Assembly: GCA_048940925.1 (NCBI GenBank)
Contig: JBHLOC010000005.1
Coordinates: 130,787-145,547, forward strand
Direction: 5' to 3'
Length of the DNA stretch: 14,761 nucleotides
From: Promethearchaeota archaeon
Lineage (GTDB): Archaea; Asgardarchaeota; Lokiarchaeia; Sigyniarchaeales; SOKP01
Shown here piece after piece: positions 1 through 7,301 of the stretch. The notes under the pieces were generated by a model, which did not search any database, was not told where the DNA came from, and was given only the letters and a program-made list of their open reading frames with translations. Position numbers and translations under genes: made by a program. Position 1 is the first letter of the stretch; the number at the start of each line of letters is the position of its first letter.

Positions 1-1029
1 GGTTTTGAAGATAAAATTTTTTTCCCTTTTGGGAAGTATCAAACAATTAATCTAAGTAATAATAATATTGATAACATATTAAAAGTAAGAGGTTTGGATA
101 ATTTAAGAAATTTAAACAAATTGTACCTAAATTTTAATAGAATTTCAGAAATAAATGGTTTGGATAACCTAATTAAATTAAAATCTCTTCACCTTCAAGG
201 AAACAAAATTAGAAAAATTAATGGGTTAGATCACTTGACGAAATTAGAAACCTTATACCTTAATAATAATGAAATTTTTACGATCCAAGGGATTGAAAAT
301 CTAACTAACTTGAAATCACTAATGATCTATGATAATCAGATCACAGAAATTCAAAATTTAGAACATTTAATAGATCTTGAAATATTAAATCTGAGGAACA
401 ATAGAATAACTGACATTAAAGGATTGCAAAGTCTTAGTAATTTAAAAAGAATAGATCTTAGTAATAACAGGATAACCGAAATTAAAGGTTTAGATAATCT
501 TACAAACCTAGAATTTTTAGATCTAAGTAATAATCAAATATCAGAAATCAAAGGTTTAGATAACTTAAAAAATCTTAAATTTTTAGACCTTAGAAATAAT
601 AAGATAATGGCAATTAAACAATTAAAAATATTAAAACAGTTGAAGCACTTATATCTTGGATTTAATAAAATTACAAAAATAGAAAACCCTGAGATATTAA
701 ATCATGAAAATATTCTGGATACTCAAAGTATTGAATTAAAAAATATTCCAGATACACCTTTTGAATTTTTTTATAAATATAAATCAAGTAAGAGCTTAAC
801 TAATCAAAATTTTTTGGAAATAAGGGATATTAAATTTTTATCTAAAAACTTATATAAATCTCGATTATTAATTAAGGAATTAAAATTATTTAATCACTCC
901 ATAGACTATTTTTCAAGTTCTTCATTGATGTTGATATGGAACAATAATGAATATGAAATATTTCGATTTAGTAAAGATGGAAAGATAACCTGGATTCAAC
1001 GAAGGAGGAAATTAGTTATACCTAAATAA
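1..1029 (+). CDS. SDS22-type leucine-rich repeat protein, 5'-truncated by the window edge
   Basis: The frame is open from base 1 (GFEDKIFFPFGKYQTINLSNNNIDNILKVRGLDN...), so the TTG at 94 is probably internal. It has nine regular 22-aa repeats LxxLxLxxNxIxxIxGLxxLxx plus a degenerate one upstream, then a non-repetitive tail of about 105 aa. Confidence 0.92.
   Translation, partial: GFEDKIFFPFGKYQTINLSNNNIDNILKVRGLDNLRNLNKLYLNFNRISEINGLDNLIKLKSLHLQGNKIRKINGLDHLTKLETLYLNNNEIFTIQGIENLTNLKSLMIYDNQITEIQNLEHLIDLEILNLRNNRITDIKGLQSLSNLKRIDLSNNRITEIKGLDNLTNLEFLDLSNNQISEIKGLDNLKNLKFLDLRNNKIMAIKQLKILKQLKHLYLGFNKITKIENPEILNHENILDTQSIELKNIPDTPFEFFYKYKSSKSLTNQNFLEIRDIKFLSKNLYKSRLLIKELKLFNHSIDYFSSSSLMLIWNNNEYEIFRFSKDGKITWIQRRRKLVIPK
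112..705 (+). repeat. Coding tandem repeat, 9 x 66 bp (LRR units)
   Basis: 22-aa periodicity in the protein is also visible in the DNA, e.g. gaaattaaaggtttagataat at 478 and gaaatcaaaggtttagataac at 544, 66 bp apart. Confidence 0.85.
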
Positions 1030-1098
1030 ACTCATCTTAATTATAATTAAGTTTTTTTCGAAAACTTTTTGTTATGAATTTCTTAATTTCTAATTATT

Positions 1099-2304
1099 AT
1101 GCCATTACCTTTAGAAGGAAAAGTCATTTTAGATCTCTCTAGGATGTTGCCAGGTCCATATTGCTCAATGATACTTAGCGATCTTGGAGCAGAGGTTATC
1201 CGAGTAGAAGATCCTAATTATCCATATAACAATCCTAGCCCTTTTTTTCGAAAGGGTTATTATAGAGAAAGTGCATTCCATTCTATTTTAATGAGAAATA
1301 AAAAATCTATTACACTTAACCTTAAAAATAATAAAGCAAGAGAAATTTTTTACGAGCTAGTAGAAAAGGCTGATGTAGTTCTTGATTCATTCCGTCCAAA
1401 GATCATGAATAAATTGAAACTTGATTATGAAACATTAGCTGCAATAAACCCATCAATAATATGCTGTTCTCTTACTGGATATGGTCAAAATGGACCTTAT
1501 GAACAAGTTGCAGGTCATGATCTTAATTATATAGGAATAGCAGGAATATTGGATCTTACTAAAGAAAGAAGAAAATTTGGGGAGGAAAATAAATTAAGAA
1601 CTCCAATAAATCCAGGAGTTCAAGTCGCTGATATAGGAGGTGGATTAGTCACAGCTATAGGAATCTTAGCTGCAATAATTGAGAGAGAAAGAAATCCAGA
1701 AGGAAAAGGTCAGTATATAGATATATCAATGACGGATTCAGTTTTTTCGTTTATACCATTAATAGCTGCGTACACTTTTGCGAATGATTTAAGCGATGTA
1801 GTAAACCTTTTACATGGTGATTTTCCTTTCTATTGTGTTTACAAAACAAAAGATAATAAATTTTTATCTGTTGGGATTATTGAAGTTAAATTTTGGAGAG
1901 AATTTTGCAAAGCCCTTGGACGTGATGATCTTGTACAGAAACAATTTACAGGGGGTCAAGAAAGAGAGATATTATTTCAAGAATTTCAACAAGAATTTCT
2001 AAAGAAAACACAAAAAGAATGGATGGAAATATTCATAAATCTTGATGCGTGTGTTATGCCTGTTAAATCTTTTGCAGAAGCTTGTGAAGATCCTCAAATA
2101 AAAGCTCGTAATATGGTTGTTGAAATCGATCATCCCAAATTAGGTAAAATTCAAAATATTTCATCACCGATTAAATATTCACGAACTCCATTAACTATAA
2201 GAAGTTTAGCTCCAAAAACAGGTCAAAATACTAAGGAAATTCTAAAAAACCTGGGATATAGCAATGAAGAAATTCGAGATTTTAGAAATAAAGAGATAAT
2301 TTAG
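1099..2304 (+). CDS. Family III CoA-transferase (CaiB/BaiF, alpha-methylacyl-CoA racemase-like)
   Basis: Motifs PLEGKVILDLSRMLPGPYCSMILSDLGAEVIRVE, RNKKSITLNLK, ADVVLDSFRP, GYGQNGPY, GHDLNY, catalytic Asp in QVADIGGG, GKGQYIDISM and C-terminal APKTGQNTKEIL. Confidence 0.93.
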   Translation: MPLPLEGKVILDLSRMLPGPYCSMILSDLGAEVIRVEDPNYPYNNPSPFFRKGYYRESAFHSILMRNKKSITLNLKNNKAREIFYELVEKADVVLDSFRPKIMNKLKLDYETLAAINPSIICCSLTGYGQNGPYEQVAGHDLNYIGIAGILDLTKERRKFGEENKLRTPINPGVQVADIGGGLVTAIGILAAIIERERNPEGKGQYIDISMTDSVFSFIPLIAAYTFANDLSDVVNLLHGDFPFYCVYKTKDNKFLSVGIIEVKFWREFCKALGRDDLVQKQFTGGQEREILFQEFQQEFLKKTQKEWMEIFINLDACVMPVKSFAEACEDPQIKARNMVVEIDHPKLGKIQNISSPIKYSRTPLTIRSLAPKTGQNTKEILKNLGYSNEEIRDFRNKEII

Positions 2305-2311
2305 GTCAATA

Positions 2312-2698
2312 TTATAAAACTCGTAATTCTAGAAGTATTATCAATATTGATATTAAAAGAGACACAAATGTAAATACAATTAAGACAATAAACATCGGCC
2401 AGTCTTTCAATTGACCATAAAAACCTGCTGCGTTTATTGTAGAATAAATTGCCATTCCAATAGCAATAAAAAATAGTGCTATACCCCATGATTGATCCAT
2501 TATTAATCCAATTCCTCCAACTATAAGGATAACAGAAGTCAGAAATTCAGCAACCAAATGAAAATATATTTGTGTTGGTTTAGTATTTAGTTCTGGCACT
2601 TCTCTTTTTAATAATAGTAAAACCCACATACAAAGCATAGTGATTCCAATTATAATTGTATAAATCGAAGCAATAATTTCTATTACTATAGTACTCAC
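2312..2698 (-). CDS. Small hypothetical membrane protein with about 4 TM helices; start codon uncertain
   Basis: Four hydrophobic segments in 128 aa; fills the gap convergent with the CoA-transferase. The annotated GTG lies inside an AGGTGA motif. Confidence 0.75.
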   Translation of the reverse strand: MSTIVIEIIASIYTIIIGITMLCMWVLLLLKREVPELNTKPTQIYFHLVAEFLTSVILIVGGIGLIMDQSWGIALFFIAIGMAIYSTINAAGFYGQLKDWPMFIVLIVFTFVSLLISILIILLELRVL

Positions 2699-2929
2699 CT
2701 TTAGAGATTTTATTAAATCAAATTTATTAATTCATAAATTTAATTAAATATTTTGTAATTGAAATTGCTTAAATTAGTATCCAGAAATAGTGTGATTCTT
2801 TTATATTCTAATCAGAAAAATCAAATTTAACTTTCATTATTTGAGATTACAATTTATTAACTAATAAATTAAAAGCATTAGGTATTTATAATCATTAGTT
2901 AAAAATTGATAAAAAATATTTGAAAAAGT

Positions 2930-3430
2930 ATGAATATTGACTCGAAATTATATGAAATGATAAAGTTCTCAGGAATTGATCTAATCTTATCATTACCTTG
3001 TATTATGTTAAAGAATTTATTACATATTATTGATAAAAAAGAAGAAATACAGCACATTCCAATAACGCGAGAAGAAGAAGGAGTGGGAATAGCTGCTGGG
3101 GCTTATTTGGGCGGAAAGACTCCTGCAATAATAATGCAAAATTCTGGTTTGGGTAATTCTATTAATGCTATAGAGTCTCTTTTGAAATTATATAAAATTC
3201 CTATTATATTTATTATGAGTCATAGGGGAGCTGAGGGAGAGAAGATAATAGCACAAATTCCAATGGGAAAGCTCACACCTAAGTTATTAGATCTATTGAG
3301 TATAAAAAAATTCATAATAGATTCACCCGAAAAAATTAAAGTTATAGAAAAAGCAGTAAATTTTAGTAAAAAATCTCTAGAATCAGTAGGTATTCTCTTG
3401 AAAAAACAACTATGGGGTAAAGCAATATGA
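2930..3430 (+). CDS. comD: Sulfopyruvate decarboxylase alpha subunit (TPP enzyme PYR domain)
   Basis: Motifs SLPC, TREEEGVGIAAGAYLGGK, MQNSGLGNSINA, SHRG, AQIPMG; the size matches methanogen ComD; it overlaps the next gene by ATGA. Confidence 0.88.
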   Translation: MNIDSKLYEMIKFSGIDLILSLPCIMLKNLLHIIDKKEEIQHIPITREEEGVGIAAGAYLGGKTPAIIMQNSGLGNSINAIESLLKLYKIPIIFIMSHRGAEGEKIIAQIPMGKLTPKLLDLLSIKKFIIDSPEKIKVIEKAVNFSKKSLESVGILLKKQLWGKAI

Positions 3431-3978
3431 AAAGATATGGTGCCATAAAAAAGATTATTGAATCTTTAGAAAATGAGATTATTGTCTGTAACCTTGGAGC
3501 ACCTTCAAGGGAACTATATAATATCAAAGATCGAGATGAAAACTTCTATATGTTGGGCTCAATGGGACTTTGTAGCTCTATAGCTTTTGGTATTGCATTA
3601 TCAAACCCTAATAAAAAAGTTTGGTCGATAGACGGAGATGGAGCATTACTTATGAATTTAGGTAGTTTAAGCACCATCGCAAACAACAATCCCTACAATT
3701 TAACTGTTATAGTTATCGATAATTCTTCTTATGGCTCTACTGGAAATCAAAATACATATACAAGCAAAAAAACTCGATTAGAAATAGTTGCTAAAGGAGC
3801 TGGTTTCAAGTCAATTACAGTTATCGAGGATGAAGATCAAATTATACCCCTGTTAAAAAATTTACACTTAGGCTGTCATTTTGTACTTATTAAGACTCAA
3901 CCCGGAAATGCTCAGGTTGAAAATATCCCTTTGCTCCCAGAAGAAATAAAGAAACGTTTTAGAAATACTATCAATTAA
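3427..3978 (+). CDS. comE: Sulfopyruvate decarboxylase beta subunit (TPP-binding domain)
   Basis: NLGAPSRELY, NFYMLGSMG, TPP motif IDGDGALLMNLGSL...IDNSSYGSTGNQ; 4-bp overlap with comD suggests translational coupling. Confidence 0.88.
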   Translation: MKRYGAIKKIIESLENEIIVCNLGAPSRELYNIKDRDENFYMLGSMGLCSSIAFGIALSNPNKKVWSIDGDGALLMNLGSLSTIANNNPYNLTVIVIDNSSYGSTGNQNTYTSKKTRLEIVAKGAGFKSITVIEDEDQIIPLLKNLHLGCHFVLIKTQPGNAQVENIPLLPEEIKKRFRNTIN

Positions 3979-4104
3979 TAAATTAGAATGATTTTCTAAA
4001 TCACTTGGTTAATATATTTTAATTATAATTTTATTAAGAATAATTTTAATTAAAAACACACTTATTATTTCTTTAGAAGTAATTACTAAATTTGGAAATT
4101 TTAA

Positions 4105-5724
4105 ATGACAGAGGAATTCAGAAAAACTAATAAAGAAGAAGATTTAAAAAAAGCAAATTTAGAAACTGAGTTAGAAAAGGAAGAAATTAAAGAAGAGAGT
4201 CAAATCCAAAAAATAGGTAAACCTATTGTTATCAGAGCAGATGCTTATAAGACAATAATTTTATATGCGAGTAGATATGCAAATAAATCAATTCCACCTG
4301 AGGAATGGAAAGAAATATATGGCATTTTAATCGGGAGATCAGATGAAGATTTAGTATATATAGAACGCGCTGAAGCCCTTACATTTGGACATGCTACAGA
4401 TGTTCAATTAGATGAGAGACATTATGGTTTTATTGAAGAAATTCAAGAGAGACTTGATAAAGAGGGAAAGAGATACTACATGGTTGGATGGTTTCATAGT
4501 CATCCTGGTTTAAATTTATTTTTCTCATATATAGATTTAATTAACCAATTAGGGTTCCAGCAAAACAATGACGATTTTTGTGGGTTAGTATTTGATCATA
4601 CGCTTTTAGGAAAGAAGAAAGAAGAAAAGATTGTAAGTGAAGATGGTTTAGAACATTCTATGACAAAATATGATACTGGATTTGAGATTTACCGAATAAC
4701 CGATGTAAATATGAATGTTAATGATCCAGAGTATGATACCAATTATCATAAAGTAGATTATATTATAGATGGATTAAGTAAATATTTTTTTGCAAATGTT
4801 TTATCTGAATTATCTGCTCTAGTTACTGAAGGGAAACCTCTTCAATCCGCATATAAGGAGCAATCTAGGTCAGGATTTAATGATCTTGAAACTATAGATA
4901 TAAAAACAGAAATAGAAGATAATAATTTAATCTCTACTTCTAATCTAAATGAAATTCCGTTCAAAAATATGCTAACAGAGATTCCTATGGATGAAGATAT
5001 CTCATTTAATGTCGATGAATTCTTTTATGGTCAAGTTAAAGAAGAAAAAATGGAAGTAGAGAGAAAAATTAAAGAAGAAGCCGAACAATTAATCTATGAA
5101 GGCAATCAAGCTTTTGAGAATAAGGATGCATTTTCTGGAATTGAAAAGTATAAAAGAGGAATTAAAAAATATAAAGAGATAAAAGATTTCGAAAGAGCCA
5201 TGGAATTATTAAGAGTAGTATCCCAAAAGTGTATTTCTAATAATCATTTAGTTTTTGCAAAAGAATTTTCAGAAGATCTTCAAAAATTAGCCAAAAAGCA
5301 AAAACATCTTTTTTATATTGGAGTTACTAATTACACATTAGGTTACTTACTATTAAAAAAAGGAGAAAATGAAGTTTTAGAGGAGGCTTTGAATAAAATA
5401 CAGAATGCTGCTGTGGATTTTGAAAATGAGGGTGACTTTGCAGGAGCAGGTATGTGTTTTAATAAAATTGGTACAATTTATCAATCAAGGTTAAATAAAT
5501 TAGAAAATTCGTGTTTGTTCTATAAAGCTGCTATTGAAAATTTTAATAAAGCAATTATAAAGAGTCATCCCTTGAGAACCTCTTTTTGGAATAAGCGTGA
5601 TAGACTAATATCAAAAATTGTGGAATTAAGAGATATTATCGAAGAACTTATACCTAATCTTAAGAATATCGAATTAAAGAAGAAAATATTGAGAGATTTA
5701 AAAAATCTACATTACAATTTTTAA
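4105..5724 (+). CDS. MPN+/JAMM metalloprotease (Rpn11/Csn5-like) fused to a C-terminal TPR/alpha-SNAP-like helical domain
   Basis: E70 in WKEIYGILIG and GWFHSHPGLNLFFSYIDLINQ, giving a complete E...HxH-x7-S-x2-D motif (H131, H133, S141, D144). An acidic linker follows, then TPR-like helix pairs from about aa 320. Confidence 0.88.
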   Translation: MTEEFRKTNKEEDLKKANLETELEKEEIKEESQIQKIGKPIVIRADAYKTIILYASRYANKSIPPEEWKEIYGILIGRSDEDLVYIERAEALTFGHATDVQLDERHYGFIEEIQERLDKEGKRYYMVGWFHSHPGLNLFFSYIDLINQLGFQQNNDDFCGLVFDHTLLGKKKEEKIVSEDGLEHSMTKYDTGFEIYRITDVNMNVNDPEYDTNYHKVDYIIDGLSKYFFANVLSELSALVTEGKPLQSAYKEQSRSGFNDLETIDIKTEIEDNNLISTSNLNEIPFKNMLTEIPMDEDISFNVDEFFYGQVKEEKMEVERKIKEEAEQLIYEGNQAFENKDAFSGIEKYKRGIKKYKEIKDFERAMELLRVVSQKCISNNHLVFAKEFSEDLQKLAKKQKHLFYIGVTNYTLGYLLLKKGENEVLEEALNKIQNAAVDFENEGDFAGAGMCFNKIGTIYQSRLNKLENSCLFYKAAIENFNKAIIKSHPLRTSFWNKRDRLISKIVELRDIIEELIPNLKNIELKKKILRDLKNLHYNF

Positions 5725-5804
5725 ATTTCTACTTCAATATTCTAATTTTTCTACATTTTAATAAAAATTAAATTTTAAGAATCATTATTTTATATACTCC
5801 TTTT

Positions 5805-5810
5805 GGTGAT
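5805..5810 (+). promoter_or_regulatory. Putative Shine-Dalgarno motif GGTGAT
   Basis: Canonical archaeal SD sequence 5 nt upstream of the in-frame ATT at 5816; the same motif precedes the ATG at 9337 on the minus strand. Confidence 0.6.
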
Positions 5811-5815
5811 TATTT

Positions 5816-6499
5816 ATTCCTAGACGTAAACAAAAAATTAAATATTCTAGAAAAGTAGTATGTAAACATCTTAAACCTAAAGGTGATATAAGTAATAGTC
5901 TTCAATCATTATGTTTTTGTCCAGAAAGAGATTTAATTTTAGGAACACGAGCATATGTATGTCAAGTATGTTACATATATGAACCTGTAAAAAGTAATCG
6001 TAGATTCTCGGATGTGTATGAAGAGAGCAAAAAGACGGCAGAAAAGAAAATTAGAGAAAAACAAATTAGGTTAGAGGAATATGAACTCGCTGCAATGAAA
6101 TCAGATGAAGAAATAGATTTATCCATTGATGAATTTGAAGAAGAAGATGAAGAAATTCCGTTGAAATTTGAAAAAAGAAAAGCCGGAAAAGCAGATATGG
6201 AAGATTCTGAAGAATTTGCTGAAGTTGAATGCCCATTCTGCGGAGAATTATTTGATGATCTCGCAACACATATACAAAGTTGTGAATTTGCTCCTGATGA
6301 TGCAAGTATCGAGGATATATTGCCAACTAGAGGGAAGAAAAAAAAGAAAAAGAAAGCTAGTACTAGAACAGAAACAGAGGGAAAAGTATCTTCTGAAAAA
6401 CAGAAATGTCCATATTGTGGAAAAGAATTCATTAGACTTGGAAGACATTTAAATTCTTGCCCTAAAAAACCTAAAGATGCTGATGATATTTCTAACTAA
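5816..6499 (+). CDS. Multi-zinc-finger protein: Cys-rich N-terminal domain, acidic region, two C2HC fingers and a poly-Lys tract; probable ATT start
   Basis: The frame of the 6014..6499 ORF stays open back to TGA at 5807-5809 and reads (M)PRRKQKIKYSRKVVCKHLKPKGDISNSLQSLCFCPERDLILGTRAYVCQVCYIYEPVKSNRRFSDVYEE. The fingers are CPFCGELFDDLATHIQSC and CPYCGKEFIRLGRHLNSC. The gene is well supported; the exact start is less certain. Confidence 0.78.
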   Translation: MPRRKQKIKYSRKVVCKHLKPKGDISNSLQSLCFCPERDLILGTRAYVCQVCYIYEPVKSNRRFSDVYEESKKTAEKKIREKQIRLEEYELAAMKSDEEIDLSIDEFEEEDEEIPLKFEKRKAGKADMEDSEEFAEVECPFCGELFDDLATHIQSCEFAPDDASIEDILPTRGKKKKKKKASTRTETEGKVSSEKQKCPYCGKEFIRLGRHLNSCPKKPKDADDISN

Positions 6500-6551
6500 G
6501 GATAATATAATTTATTAGATGGGAACACTAAAGTATAAGATTATAGTTTAT

Positions 6552-7301
6552 CTAAAAGGATGGTTTTTTAAAATAGATTTCTTGGGAACTAGGAAAGAAA
6601 CTTTTAATTGGATTTTTTGGTTTTTTCATAATCAAGTTTATAAAATCGATTAACCTATCTTGATTAATTTCCATTCTTTTAGAAAGGTTAGAAATCGAGA
6701 TTTTATCAAATTCTTTAGAATACTCCGATAATTTATAGTTTAATAAATTTTGGTACACACTTGATATTAGGAGTTTTAGATTTGGAAAATTTTCTGTCTT
6801 TACATCTTTCACAAATTCAAAGATCATTTCAGAAGCATCATGATAATTTATTACCTTATAACAACTAATAATTTCATACAATCGCTTTATATATATGAAA
6901 TATTTCGTAATTTGTATACTTATATCATTAAGATTGTATTTTTCTAAATTTTTATCAACATCATTTTTAAGCATAGCTAAAAGTTTCGTGAAATTTTCAA
7001 GATTAGATTCATTAAGTTTCTCCCTTAATAAATTATTGAAACGACGGTGATATATCATTTTATGGTGATCTAATTCTGCTTTAATTTGATTATTTAAATC
7101 ATAAAAATCTATAAGCTCTTTTTCAATATGAAAAGACTCTTTATGCTCTTGCATTAAAACTAGAGCTGATCTTATTTTCTCTAAAGCTGAATGATAATTT
7201 CCATTCTTTACTTTTTTCAGAATAATAGATCTATAATAATTTAATTCTTCAATAAGATCTCTTTTATTCTTGAAAGATTCAAGATTCTCATTAAAATTCA
7301 T
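6552..7301 (-). CDS. Helical protein with C-terminal PCI-like winged-helix domain
   Basis: The body looks all-helical and ends LSEYSKEFDKISISNLSKRMEINQDRLIDFINLIMKKPKNPIKSFFPSSQEIYFK, matching the PCI winged-helix hydrophobic pattern. ATG 7301 is preferred over 7385 because the extra 28 aa look like translated intergenic DNA. Confidence 0.68.
   Translation of the reverse strand: MNFNENLESFKNKRDLIEELNYYRSIILKKVKNGNYHSALEKIRSALVLMQEHKESFHIEKELIDFYDLNNQIKAELDHHKMIYHRRFNNLLREKLNESNLENFTKLLAMLKNDVDKNLEKYNLNDISIQITKYFIYIKRLYEIISCYKVINYHDASEMIFEFVKDVKTENFPNLKLLISSVYQNLLNYKLSEYSKEFDKISISNLSKRMEINQDRLIDFINLIMKKPKNPIKSFFPSSQEIYFKKPSF

Noticed and set aside
112-705. 66-bp periodicity as a possible CRISPR array
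   Set aside because: There is no invariant repeat with unique spacers; variation is codon-like and fully explained by the LRR protein.
1814-2489. ORFs 1814..2002(+) and 2301..2489(-)
   Set aside because: They are alternative frames overlapping real genes, short and without motifs.
5807-5809. In-frame TGA upstream of the zinc-finger extension as a possible selenocysteine codon
   Set aside because: Reading through it gains only 14 codons before a TAA at 5762, with no start codon in that frame. The TGA is better explained as part of the GGTGAT SD motif.
6338-6345. A8 run as a programmed frameshift or phase-variation site
   Set aside because: It lies inside the Lys tract, the main frame continues into the second zinc finger, and the alternative frame has no recognisable motif.
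5971-6452. Overlapping ORFs 5971..6432(-), 6066..6326(-), 6168..6452(+) and 6248..6448(-)
   Set aside because: These are shadows of the zinc-finger gene; their poly-F and poly-S runs are the reverse complement of K and E codons.
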